Below are positions 8,763 through 19,997 of a stretch of 64,000 bases of DNA, one piece after another. The DNA is from Candidatus Moranbacteria bacterium UBA1362. GTDB taxonomy: Bacteria > Patescibacteriota > Minisyncoccia > Moranbacterales > GWC2-37-73. Location: positions 10,690-74,689 of the forward strand of contig DBRS01000014.1 in NCBI GenBank assembly GCA_002306085.1, read 5' to 3'. Below the pieces are notes generated by a model. That model ran no database searches. It saw only the letters and a program-made list of their open reading frames with translations, and was not told the DNA's origin. Made by a program: the position numbers and the translations under genes. Position 1 is the stretch's first letter. Each line of letters opens with the position of its first letter.

Positions 8763-9203
8763 TTAATCTATCTTTATCCCATGTTTTGCGCGGCGTTTTC
8801 TAGCCACTCTGATTCTTGCAGCATGCTTCTCTATGGCTGCAGCAACTTTCGCATATTCCATCTCATCCATTGTAACCTTCTGCTTCTTGAGCTCTTCAGC
8901 CCGCTTCCTTGCTTCTTCCGCACGTTGCATGTCGATTTCTTCCGCATGTTCCGCAGTATCCGCAAGCACAACAAGCGCATTATCGTTGAATTCAATGAAT
9001 CCTCCCGAAGTCACAAGCGAAATTTCTTCTCCCCCGTCTTTAAGGACTATTTCCCCGGCCTTAAGCGCCGCAATATAACTGCGATGGTTCGGTAAAATCG
9101 TAACTTCCCCGTCGGAAACAGGAAGCGTCGCCTGGTCTATTTCCTGTTCAAACACGCTTCGCTCAGGAGTAACTATCTTAAATTTTATTTTCTGAGTAGA
9201 CAT
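8763..9203 (-). CDS. atpC: F0F1 ATP synthase subunit epsilon
   Basis: 146 aa, with FKIVTPERSVFEQEIDQATLPVSDGEVTILPNH...LVTSGGFIEF. It is the last gene of the atp operon, directly after atpD. Confidence 0.85.
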   Translation of the reverse strand: MSTQKIKFKIVTPERSVFEQEIDQATLPVSDGEVTILPNHRSYIAALKAGEIVLKDGGEEISLVTSGGFIEFNDNALVVLADTAEHAEEIDMQRAEEARKRAEELKKQKVTMDEMEYAKVAAAIEKHAARIRVARKRRAKHGIKID

Positions 9204-9333
9204 AAAAGATAACTTTATAATGACAAAATTCCAATGACTAGTGACAATTCAAGCTCAAAATCCAAAGTTCAAATTTGACATTTAATCATTTGGATTTGAT
9301 TTGCCATTGGAAATTCGTCATTTATCATTAAAC

Positions 9334-10716
<1,383 letters not shown>

Positions 10717-10887
10717 TCATTGAATTATTAGTTATTTTAAATTATCGGCTTATAATTTTTAATTCTTTAATGACTAATTTTAAATATTGTTTCATTTGAT
10801 AATCTTCAGTTGGATGCTAACTCATTTTTAGCAAAGATTCAAAAAATTATTATTATATCAATGTTTGAACTATATTTTAGTCGGAAT

Positions 10888-11865
10888 TCATTCCAATGCC
10901 GCTCTTCCCGCGCTGATCTCTGCAATTTCCTGCGTAATCTTTCCCTGCCTTATCTGATTGTATGTGAGCGTCAAATCTTCAGACATTTCCAGCGCTGCAT
11001 CGCTCGCATTCCTCATCGCCATCATTCTTGCGCTCTCTTCCGAAGCCTTTGATTCCAAAATCGCATGAAAAACCTGCATTTCAATGAGGCGTGGAATGAT
11101 AAACTGCAAGACTTCTTCTGGTCCCGGCTCAACTTTATATTCCTGCATAGGTTTTTTAAGACCATATTCCTCGGCGACAACATCCATTTCGGCAATCTGC
11201 TTTTCAATGTCTATTTTTGAAATCGGAAGAATTTGGCGGATACGGGTCTTCTGTACAACGGTCGAAACGTAGTCTGTATAAATTATGACTACCTTGTCGT
11301 ATTTTTTTGCCAAATATTCATCGATGACAATTTTTGAAATTGGCTTGATGTCAGCGACAGTCATGAATTGCACACCATCGGCAAACGCCGCAACAATTTC
11401 TTTTTTCAATTTACGCACCATTCCTTCTCCCTTCTTGCCGACCGTGATAAAATCAATTCTCACATCCTCGTCTCTTACGGGAGACAGGATTTTTTTGCCG
11501 GCGATACGGTTTATTTTCAATTTTTCCGGATGCAAAATTTCTTCACGAATTTTTTTGAAAATTTGCGTGTTAAATGAACCGCACAGACCTCTGTCGGAAG
11601 CAACGACAATCATCAAAACATTTTTCACTTCCCTGACTTCCAAAAGCCCGTGATCTTGCGAAGTTTCAAAGGCACGTGCAAGATTTGTCAGCACGCTCCA
11701 GGCGCTGTGCGCATATGGGCGGATCGCAATGACGCTCGAAACGGCGCGCCTCATTTTTGCAGCGCTAACCATCTCCATCGCTCGAGTAATCTTTCTGGTG
11801 CTATTGATAGACTTTATGCGTCTTCTGATATCTTTACCGCTTGGCACTTTGGTGACATGTGGCAC
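10888..11865 (-). CDS. atpG: F0F1 ATP synthase subunit gamma
   Basis: 325 aa. The N-terminus is IRRRIKSINSTRKITRAMEMVSAAKMRRA and the C-terminus ends ITQEIAEISAGRAALE. Confidence 0.85.
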   Translation of the reverse strand: MPHVTKVPSGKDIRRRIKSINSTRKITRAMEMVSAAKMRRAVSSVIAIRPYAHSAWSVLTNLARAFETSQDHGLLEVREVKNVLMIVVASDRGLCGSFNTQIFKKIREEILHPEKLKINRIAGKKILSPVRDEDVRIDFITVGKKGEGMVRKLKKEIVAAFADGVQFMTVADIKPISKIVIDEYLAKKYDKVVIIYTDYVSTVVQKTRIRQILPISKIDIEKQIAEMDVVAEEYGLKKPMQEYKVEPGPEEVLQFIIPRLIEMQVFHAILESKASEESARMMAMRNASDAALEMSEDLTLTYNQIRQGKITQEIAEISAGRAALE

Positions 11866-11922
11866 GTGACATGTTACAAGGAAATTCCAAGTTACTTGTC
11901 ACTTGTCTCTTGTTACTTATTA

Positions 11923-13422
11923 TTACTCGTAGGTTTCCTTATACTCTTTAATCGCCTTCTCCAGTGCCTCCACAACATCGTCTGTAAGGTCTTTTTTCTC
12001 TCCGATCAGCTCGATGACGTTCTTCGCCTGCGTGTCCAGATACTTATGAAAATCGTTTTCCCACTGCTTTATTTTCGCAACTTCAACGTCATCCAAAAAT
12101 CCGTTTGTCAGCGCATAGAGAATTGCAACCTGATGTTCAACCGGCATCGGTTCGTATTGCCCCTGCTTTATTATTTCTATGGTGCGCTGCCCTCTTTCAA
12201 TTTGAGCTCTGGTTTTTTCATCAAGATCGGATCCGAATTGCGCAAACGCTTCGAGTTCGCGAAACTGCGCCAGATCCAAGCGGAGTTTTCCTGCAACTTT
12301 TTTCATCGCCTTAATCTGCGCGCTTGATCCTACGCGTGAAACCGAAATACCGACATTAAGCGCGGGACGGACACCTTTGTAGAAAAGATCCGATTCCAAG
12401 AAAATCTGACCGTCCGTAATCGAAATGACATTTGTAGGAATGTAAGCGGAAACATCTCCCGCCTGTGTTTCAATAATCGGAAGCGCGGTAAGCGATCCTC
12501 CGCCGAATTCGTCATTCATTTTTGCGCTTCTTTCCAGAAGTCTTGAATGCAGATAGAAAACATCTCCGGGATATGCTTCGCGGCCCGGCGGACGGCGCAG
12601 AATCAATGAAATCTGGCGATATGCCCAGGCATGCCTTGAAAGATCGTCATAGATTACCAGAACGTCTTCGCCCTTGTCCATGAAATATTCGCCGAGAGCG
12701 CATCCGGAATATGGAGCGATGTATGAAAGCGCAGCACTGTCCGATGCTCCGGCCACAACGACAGTCGTATATTCCATCGCGCCGCGTTTTTCAAGCTCGC
12801 CCACAATCCTTGCGATTTTTGACTCCTTCTGGCCCACCGCGACATAGATGCATTTCATGTTCTGCTCCTTCTGATTGATGATAGTATCAATCGCGATTGC
12901 GGTCTTTCCTGTCTGGCGGTCGCCGATAATAAGTTCGCGCTGTCCGCGTCCGATCGGAATCATCGCGTCAATCGCTTTGATACCCGTCTGCACCGGCTGA
13001 TTCACAGATTTTCTGGTAATAACTCCGGGAGCGATTTTTTCCACAGGATAATATTTTTCAGCCTTGATATCTCCCTTGCCGTCAACCGGTGTTCCGAGCG
13101 GATTAATAACTCTTCCGATCATCGCGTCTGAAACCGGAATCGAAAGAATTTTCCCGGTAGTTTTCACTTCATCACCTTCCTTGATATCGGTATAGCTTCC
13201 CAAAACCATCGCTCCCACCCGATCCTCTTCGAGGTTAAGCGCCACGCCTATTTCACCATTGGGAAATTCCACCATTTCGGAAGCCATGATATCGGAAAGT
13301 CCTGAAATTCTGGCAATGCCGTCGCCGACTTCGACAACTTTGCCGACTTTTTCCGCCTGCACTTCTGTCTTGAAGTTTTCAATCTGTTTCTTCAGCTGAT
13401 CTACGATAAAATCCTTGTTCAT
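11923..13422 (-). CDS. atpA: F0F1 ATP synthase subunit alpha
   Basis: 499 aa, with [18 protein letters not shown] and [21 protein letters not shown]. Confidence 0.95.
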   Translation of the reverse strand: MNKDFIVDQLKKQIENFKTEVQAEKVGKVVEVGDGIARISGLSDIMASEMVEFPNGEIGVALNLEEDRVGAMVLGSYTDIKEGDEVKTTGKILSIPVSDAMIGRVINPLGTPVDGKGDIKAEKYYPVEKIAPGVITRKSVNQPVQTGIKAIDAMIPIGRGQRELIIGDRQTGKTAIAIDTIINQKEQNMKCIYVAVGQKESKIARIVGELEKRGAMEYTTVVVAGASDSAALSYIAPYSGCALGEYFMDKGEDVLVIYDDLSRHAWAYRQISLILRRPPGREAYPGDVFYLHSRLLERSAKMNDEFGGGSLTALPIIETQAGDVSAYIPTNVISITDGQIFLESDLFYKGVRPALNVGISVSRVGSSAQIKAMKKVAGKLRLDLAQFRELEAFAQFGSDLDEKTRAQIERGQRTIEIIKQGQYEPMPVEHQVAILYALTNGFLDDVEVAKIKQWENDFHKYLDTQAKNVIELIGEKKDLTDDVVEALEKAIKEYKETYE

Positions 13423-13579
13423 AAATATATTGTTACATTGTTATATTGTTAAATTGTTTTTTGGCTCAATCAAGAGCAATTTAGCCATCAAACAATTTAG
13501 CAATTTACTGGACTTGACTTTTATATCAATTTGGAGTATAATTAAAGGTTGGGAGCACATTACAAACTTGGAGGTTTAT

Positions 13580-13780
13580 ATGCTGATATTTTACTTGGTA
13601 ACCGCATCGTTATCGATCGGCGCAATTTGCGGCATAGTTTCATATTATGCCTGCGTTTCACTAATCAACTACGCGCCCAATTTTCCTTTGGTGGAAATCA
13701 TACACCCCATCGGAGCCCCTTATTTTATGTTTAATGCTGGTTCGGTTATCGCAGCAGTGCTGATGATCTGTTCGGCATGA
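13580..13780 (+). CDS. Small hydrophobic protein (66 aa), antisense-oriented inside the atp operon gap
   Basis: ATG at 13580 is preceded by GGAGG with 7-nt spacing. It encodes MLIFYLVTASLSIGAICGIVSYYACVSLINYAPNFPLVEIIHPIGAPYFMFNAGSVIAAVLMICSA, which has two predicted TM helices. It is followed by a hairpin plus T-run. The longer in-frame ORF in the track (from 13415) lacks an RBS. Confidence 0.4.
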   Translation: MLIFYLVTASLSIGAICGIVSYYACVSLINYAPNFPLVEIIHPIGAPYFMFNAGSVIAAVLMICSA

Positions 13781-13794
13781 AACATGGCAGCATC

Positions 13795-13836
13795 CGCCAC
13801 CTTTCCGCATTGCCGGACGGTGGTTTTTCTTTTTCC
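13795..13836 (+). terminator. Putative intrinsic terminator after the small ORF
   Basis: ccgccacc...ggtgg stem followed by tttttctttttcc. Confidence 0.45.
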
Positions 13837-14120
13837 TGGTTTTCGAATATACTGTTCTCAGCCAACGTTCAATGACCAAGGATCAATGATCAAGAAGATT
13901 TCTTGTTCATTGGTCTCTGTCCACTGACTCATGAGCCTGCATTTCTGCCTTTCGCATTTTATTTGCGCCATATGAAGTACGTAGGCAAAGCGCGAATGAT
14001 GAGCGTTAAAAAATTTTATCTTGGAGCGAAGCGCTTGCCCGGTGCCTTCATCAGGCGCGATTTTCTTTTGTAACTTTTTACCAAAAAGGAAAATTAATTC
14101 TGAATTTTAATTTCAAAAAA

Positions 14121-14522
14121 CTACTTTATCAATTCTTTTTTCAATCTTTTTAACTGCGTTGTCACGCTTGCGTCCAAAATTTCATCACCAACTCTTATCA
14201 CGATTCCGCCTCTGATATTTTCATCGACAACATTTTTCAAAACAACTTCTTTCGCCGAATATTTATTTTTGACAAAACTTTCTACTTCCTTGTATTCCGC
14301 ATCTTGCATCTTGCGTCTTGTCACTATCGTTGCTTCGACAATTCCGTGTTTCTTGTTGTATAATTCCGTGAATTTTTCAATTACTTTTCCGGCATTTTTG
14401 AGTTCACTTTCCTTTTTCAAGTTTTCGGCAAAACGCAAAACAACACCGCTGATTTCTTTTTCAGTCTTGTTTTCCGTAAGTTCCAACAATGTTTTCGCGT
14501 ATTGCGTTATTGTCGCTCTCAT
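14121..14522 (-). CDS. atpH: F0F1 ATP synthase subunit delta (short form)
   Basis: 133 aa. The C-terminal region GGIVIRVGDEILDASVTTQLKRLKKEL resembles the delta/OSCP C-terminus. Its position between atpF and atpA fits the operon. Confidence 0.7.
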   Translation of the reverse strand: MRATITQYAKTLLELTENKTEKEISGVVLRFAENLKKESELKNAGKVIEKFTELYNKKHGIVEATIVTRRKMQDAEYKEVESFVKNKYSAKEVVLKNVVDENIRGGIVIRVGDEILDASVTTQLKRLKKELIK

Positions 14523-15007
14523 TATTTTATCGCTTTCTCAATTAATTCTTTGTCCTTTTTATCATCAATTTTTTCTTCAATAACTTTTTCGGCCGCCATA
14601 GCAACAAGGTTTGCTACTTGCTTCTTAACATCCTGCATCATCTGCGTTCTCTCTAGTTCAAGTTTCTTTTCGGCATCCGCAAGAATTTTTTCACTCTGAG
14701 CTTTCGCATTAGCAATGATTTCTTCCTTGTTCTTCGCTGCCATACCTTCGGCCTTTGCCACAATTTCCTGAGCCTGTTTTCTTGCTTCCGTCAAAACATC
14801 TTTTTCTTTTTTTTCAATTTCCGTTAATTTTTTCTGCGCTTCTTCCGCATCTTTTAATCCCTTTTCAATCTTTTCTGTTCTTTCGTTTAAAAGCTTCAGC
14901 ACCGGTCCGTAGGCGAACTTGTACAGCACAAAAAGCAGCACAAGAAAATTAACGATCTGCGCCAGGAGAAGTCTCCAATCGATTCCAAGATTATGTAATA
15001 GCTCCAT
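14522..15007 (-). CDS. atpF: F0F1 ATP synthase subunit b
   Basis: 161 aa. It has a single N-terminal TM helix (LLLAQIVNFLVLLFVLYKF) and then a long charged coiled coil. Confidence 0.85.
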   Translation of the reverse strand: MELLHNLGIDWRLLLAQIVNFLVLLFVLYKFAYGPVLKLLNERTEKIEKGLKDAEEAQKKLTEIEKKEKDVLTEARKQAQEIVAKAEGMAAKNKEEIIANAKAQSEKILADAEKKLELERTQMMQDVKKQVANLVAMAAEKVIEEKIDDKKDKELIEKAIK

Positions 15008-15085
15008 ATATTTAATTAGTTATCAGTTGTTAGTTTATGGTTCACAGACAGATGCTGTGAACCGCTAACCAAAAACCGAAAACTT

Positions 15086-15379
<294 letters not shown>

Positions 15380-15445
15380 TTAAATGGTTAAATAGTTAAA
15401 TTGTTAAATTGTTTTGGCAATTTAGCAATTTAGCCATTTAGCAAT

Positions 15446-16198
15446 CTAATGAGATGTTTCCGTCACCGCCATTTTCAAAAACACCAACGTCAGCATCGCA
15501 AAAACCAGTGCCTGCACGAATCCCACAAACAGTTCCAAAAACAAAAACGGCAGCGGCACAAAATACGGAACCAGATTCAGCATCACAATGAGCAGCACTT
15601 CGCCCGCGAAAATATTTCCGAAAAGACGGAAGGAAAACGAAATAATTTTTGCAATCTCGCTGATAAGTTCCAAAATTCCCACAAAGGTTCCGATGAAATA
15701 CGGTTTATGAAAGGGACTCACGAAAAATTTGCCGGCATATTTTGCCGCACCAATCGCTGCAATTCCCATAAATTGGATTGTAAAAACCGAGATAAGAGCG
15801 ATTGCCAAAGTCACGTTGAGATCGGCGGACGAGCTTCTCAAAAATGGAATCAGCACATTCTCTCCGTGATGCTCGCCATAAACTCCCACTGTTCCCAGCC
15901 CCGGAATAAGTTCCACCCAATTGGACAAAATTACAAAAAGAAAGATCGTCATCACGATCGGAAAAAATTTCTTCGACTGTTCCCTGTTCTGAGTAACGCT
16001 GTCAACAAGACCCAGAACCGCTTCAATGACATATTCAAAAACATTCTGAAAGCCTTTCGGAACCAGTTGCAGGCGCGAACGCATGGCGAAAGAGGCGGCT
16101 ATTATTATCGCGCTCAAAGCAAGCGTCACGATCAAAGTATTGGTGACAATAAAATTTCCTATGTGAAAAAGCGGTTCCGGTGCTAATGATATTGTCAT
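15446..16198 (-). CDS. atpB: F0F1 ATP synthase subunit a
   Basis: 250 aa polytopic protein. SFRLFGNIFAGEVLL contains the essential Arg of subunit a. Confidence 0.9.
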   Translation of the reverse strand: MTISLAPEPLFHIGNFIVTNTLIVTLALSAIIIAASFAMRSRLQLVPKGFQNVFEYVIEAVLGLVDSVTQNREQSKKFFPIVMTIFLFVILSNWVELIPGLGTVGVYGEHHGENVLIPFLRSSSADLNVTLAIALISVFTIQFMGIAAIGAAKYAGKFFVSPFHKPYFIGTFVGILELISEIAKIISFSFRLFGNIFAGEVLLIVMLNLVPYFVPLPFLFLELFVGFVQALVFAMLTLVFLKMAVTETSH

Positions 16199-16208
16199 AA
16201 AGCGTCTT

Positions 16209-16526
16209 TTATTTAGAAACCTGTCTAATGGCAGTCAGGCAAGCACTTATATATCTTTGAATAAAATTATTTTTTATCTTCGGTTTTTCCATTCTTTCTT
16301 CGCTTCTTATAATGTCCATTAACTTTTTATAAACAATATAAAAAGTAACAATTATCGAAAGAAACAGGCCGATAAGCAGAAGCCATGGAGATGTTCCAAA
16401 TTTCTTATCCAAAAGCCTTCCTCCAAGCGTAAAAATTACCAACGGTATCGCGATTGAATATCCGAGTTCCCAGGCAAACCCCACAGCGGACCAGGAATCT
16501 TTTTTAGATTCTTCTTTCATCTGCAT
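16209..16526 (-). CDS. AtpZ/AtpI-like small membrane protein (ATP synthase gene 1 family)
   Basis: 105 aa. WSAVGFAWELGYSIAIPLVIFTLGGRLLDKKFGTSPW matches the AtpZ-family pattern W..G....P...G..LD.. It occupies the first position of the atp operon. Confidence 0.55.
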   Translation of the reverse strand: MQMKEESKKDSWSAVGFAWELGYSIAIPLVIFTLGGRLLDKKFGTSPWLLLIGLFLSIIVTFYIVYKKLMDIIRSEERMEKPKIKNNFIQRYISACLTAIRQVSK

Positions 16527-16796
16527 TTTAATATTTTTATATACCCGGGCCCTTTCTTCATCGAGGTTTTCTGCGACAGTGCAATAAAAAAACAGCGCAG
16601 CGCAGTCACTCTCCTAAAAAATACCCTTGGTTCTTATTATCTTACAAAAGTCAAGTAAAGTCAATACCAAAAAATTTAAACAAAGCCCTGGTTTTTGAAC
16701 ACATGATACCTATACGTTTTTTAACTTCAAAGCAATTATGCACATATTATGTGCCGCGCTTTATGCACATAAAAAAGTTTTTAGAAGAATAAAATT

Positions 16797-16827
16797 ACAC
16801 ACTTGCGCGCAGTGCGTGCAAGTGTGT
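16797..16827. terminator. 31-bp hairpin (10-bp perfect arms) downstream of tatD and upstream of the atp operon
   Basis: acacacttgc-gcgcagtgcgt-gcaagtgtgt. On the minus strand the hairpin is followed by AATTTTATT, so it is probably the tatD terminator. It could also be an operator. Confidence 0.45.
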
Positions 16828-16883
16828 AAAACTTTTCATGCCGTATGATATAAATATCCAAATTATTGCCAAATACCAGTAAA

Positions 16884-17729
16884 TTATTTTATTCCAAACA
16901 CCTCTTTCCCGTTTTGTGTGGTTTTTTCCGCCACTTCTTCAATGGAAATTCCTTTCACATCGGCAATCTTTTGCGCCACAAATTTCACAAAAACCGGCTC
17001 GTTGCGTTTCGATTTTTCAAGCGGCCGCGGAGTAAGATACGGGCAATCAGTCTCAATGACAATATTTTCAAGACCTATTTCTTTGATAAGACGATCATAG
17101 CTTTCTCCGTAGGTAATAATTCCGTTGAGCCCGATTTTATATCCGAGTTCTATAAACTTGTTGGCGGTTTTATAGCTTCCAACGAAACTGTGGACGATTC
17201 CTTTTTTGTCTGCCACATTGTTTTGCAAAATTTCCAGAAGATCATCATACGCATCCCAACAATGAATAATCAAAGGTTTTTGCACTTCATTGGCTAAGTC
17301 TATAAATTTCTTCAGAATTTCTTTTTGTTTTTCTTTGAGAGGATCAGTATCAATTCCTTCCTCAAAGTGATGATAATCCAATCCCACCTCACCGATCGCC
17401 ACAACTTTCGCATCATTCGCAAGCTCGAGGTATTTTTCACGTTCAAATTCTTCGCCGTTTGTCTTTATTTCGACTTCACTGATTTCTTCTTCCGGATCAC
17501 GATACGAAAAACTTCCTTTGTTGAGATGAACAGGATGTGTTCCGACCGCCGCCCATACCCCGGTTTTAAATTTATTGGCATATTCGACAGCGCGTTTGCT
17601 GGTAGAGTACTGCGATCCGACATTAACGACAAAAACGCCTTCTTCAAGGCATTGTTTCAAAATGTCTTCTCCATCGCCTTTGAACGCGGAAAAATTGACA
17701 TGTGCGTGAGAATCGAAATACTGTGACAT
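16884..17729 (-). CDS. tatD: TatD family metal-dependent deoxyribonuclease/hydrolase
   Basis: 281 aa. The N-terminal FDSHAHVNF, the internal HCWDAYDDL-like region and the C-terminal ETDCPYLTP are typical of TatD. Confidence 0.85.
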   Translation of the reverse strand: MSQYFDSHAHVNFSAFKGDGEDILKQCLEEGVFVVNVGSQYSTSKRAVEYANKFKTGVWAAVGTHPVHLNKGSFSYRDPEEEISEVEIKTNGEEFEREKYLELANDAKVVAIGEVGLDYHHFEEGIDTDPLKEKQKEILKKFIDLANEVQKPLIIHCWDAYDDLLEILQNNVADKKGIVHSFVGSYKTANKFIELGYKIGLNGIITYGESYDRLIKEIGLENIVIETDCPYLTPRPLEKSKRNEPVFVKFVAQKIADVKGISIEEVAEKTTQNGKEVFGIK

Positions 17730-17829
17730 GCATCAAGATGGCGTACCAAATACCTGAATGTATTCACACAAAATACATCCGCATGATACATGATACGTCT
17801 TCAATTATACCAAAAGCTTTGATAATATT

Positions 17830-18222
17830 TTATGGATTTCCTATTCTTTCAAGATTGCCGTTCAGCACTATGGGCTTCATTGCCAAAATTTCCTCTTTAT
17901 ATGAAACATTCGGAATGCCATCCAAAAGGAAAATTTTTTTTCCGAGCGCATGCGCAAATCCCATTTCCAAAAAAGAACACCCGCTTATATAATTTTTCCT
18001 TCCCTGTTTTTCGAGATTGTTCAGAACCAGAATGGCATCACAGTTTCTTATTTTACGGAGAAACAAACTTCTATCGTTCTTTTTCCTGTGTTCATCGCTC
18101 TCGATCACTTGATCAACATATTTAAAAGCGGGAACGACTTTATGTTTCAAAAAAATTAATCTCTCTTGCACGTCCATTATCTCAGGGATAACATGGACGT
18201 TTCCACTAAGCGCTATTTTCAT
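17830..18222 (-). CDS. Hypothetical protein, possible nucleoside 2-deoxyribosyltransferase-like Rossmann fold
   Basis: The ORF is open from 18276, but the second ATG at 18222 (MKIALSGNVHVIP...) is preceded by AGTGGGGG at SD-like spacing. Features are CDAILVLNN...GCSFLEMGFAHALGKKIFLLDGIP. The family assignment is weak. Confidence 0.3.
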   Translation of the reverse strand: MKIALSGNVHVIPEIMDVQERLIFLKHKVVPAFKYVDQVIESDEHRKKNDRSLFLRKIRNCDAILVLNNLEKQGRKNYISGCSFLEMGFAHALGKKIFLLDGIPNVSYKEEILAMKPIVLNGNLERIGNP

Positions 18223-18329
18223 AATATATTTCTTGCCCCCACTATTACTTATATCAAAATATATTACAAGTCGCATTTGCTATTATTCCGATACCGCGGA
18301 ATTGAGGGTTGGCCCCGGGCCATGAGAGA

Positions 18330-19751
18330 TTATCTTATCCTCTGGAACAATGGCTCCGTCTTTTTTGTTTCAAGCGCTTTCTTGATCTTTTCAGCAGTTT
18401 CGGGAAGAAACGGAACCAAAAGTTGGGATATGATATAAAGATCGGAGTTCAGCTTTTCCATTACCTCCTTGAACCTATTTTCATCAGCCTTTTTGAGTTC
18501 CCACGGCTTATTGTCTTCGATATATTTATTGGCCTTGCGAACAAACATCCAAACATATTCAAGAGCCCTGTCTATTTCAAAATTTTCCAAATATTCGGAA
18601 ATTTTTCCATCAGGTTTTACATCGGGAATTTGAAATTCCAAATTTTGGGAAAGTTTTATGACTCGCGAGGTCAGATTTCCCAATCCGTTCGCCAGGTCAG
18701 CATTATATTTTTCCGTCATCCTCTCCCACGTGATATCTCCGTCTTTGGACGATGGCAGTGACGTGAGAAGCACATAACGTGCGCCGTCAATTCCGAATTT
18801 TTCCACAACTTCTTCCGGATTGATAATATTTCCCAAAGTTTTGGATATCTTCTGATTGTTTATCGTGAGATATTCATGCGAAAGAATTTGGGTCGGAACG
18901 GAAACTCCCGCCGAAAGCAGCATGGCGGGCCAATAGATCGCATGGAACCTCAATATCCCTTTTCCAATCACATGCACCCTATTTTCATTCTCCAGCCAAT
19001 ATTTCTTATAAAGATCTCCTTCATTCTCATAGCCAAGCGCGGTGATATAATTCGAAAGCGCATCCACCCAGACATACATGATCTGGCCCTCGTCACCCGG
19101 AACCGGAACACCCCAATTTTCCGCACGTTTCACGCTTCTTGAAATCGAAAAATCTTCAAGACCCTGCCTGATAAAGCTCAACACTTCATTTTTTCTGTAT
19201 TCCGGCACAATTTTCAAAGTGTCGCTCTCAATCAACTCTTCGAGTTTTTTCTGATAGTTTGACAACTTGAAAAAATAATTTTCTTCTTCGACAACTTCGC
19301 ATTCCGTAAGATGGTCGGGGCATTTTCCGTCAACAAGATCTTTTTCCATCTTGAACTCCTCGCATCCAACACAATAAAGACCTTTGTAATTTTTTTTATA
19401 AATATCTTCTTTCTTGAAAGACGACCATAATTTCTGCGCTCCGGCAAAATGCTCCTTTTTCGCGGTTCTTATGAACTGATTGTACGAAAGGTTGAGCATA
19501 CCCTTAAGCCCCTGAAAGCTCTTGGCGTTTTCATCAATGAATTCTTCCGTCGATTTCCCCGCTTTTTTCGCGCTTTGCACATTCTTAAGACTGTTGTCAT
19601 CGGAACCCGTCAAAAAATATGTGTCATCTTTCAAGACGTCACGATGCCAACGCGCCAGAACATCGGCCTGGATTTTTTCCACGGCATGCCCGACATGCGG
19701 TTTGGCGTTCACATAGTCAATTGCTGTTGTTACGTAATATCTATTTTTCAT
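18330..19751 (-). CDS. metG: Methionyl-tRNA synthetase (minimal core form)
   Basis: 473 aa. It has the class I HIGH-type motif (AKPHVGHA), a zinc knuckle (CVGCEEF...CPDH) and the KMSKS-type motif KISKTLGN. Confidence 0.85.
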   Translation of the reverse strand: MKNRYYVTTAIDYVNAKPHVGHAVEKIQADVLARWHRDVLKDDTYFLTGSDDNSLKNVQSAKKAGKSTEEFIDENAKSFQGLKGMLNLSYNQFIRTAKKEHFAGAQKLWSSFKKEDIYKKNYKGLYCVGCEEFKMEKDLVDGKCPDHLTECEVVEEENYFFKLSNYQKKLEELIESDTLKIVPEYRKNEVLSFIRQGLEDFSISRSVKRAENWGVPVPGDEGQIMYVWVDALSNYITALGYENEGDLYKKYWLENENRVHVIGKGILRFHAIYWPAMLLSAGVSVPTQILSHEYLTINNQKISKTLGNIINPEEVVEKFGIDGARYVLLTSLPSSKDGDITWERMTEKYNADLANGLGNLTSRVIKLSQNLEFQIPDVKPDGKISEYLENFEIDRALEYVWMFVRKANKYIEDNKPWELKKADENRFKEVMEKLNSDLYIISQLLVPFLPETAEKIKKALETKKTEPLFQRIR

Positions 19752-19997
19752 ATTAAGAATGATGTTACATAAAAATAGTAGAAGCTAATAGCACCTACTG
19801 ACAAACGACAATGAAATAAACATTTATATCAACTAAATTTTATATTGGCACTGTTTTAATGATTAGGCAAGTCCTAAGAAACTTTCGCAATAAATTAGCC
19901 ATGTAAATCACAATTAATGTTTTTATATAGCATATCAACATGTTCACGTATGGTCAGTATTTTATTACCTATACAGATTTATTTCGCGTCTATTCTC

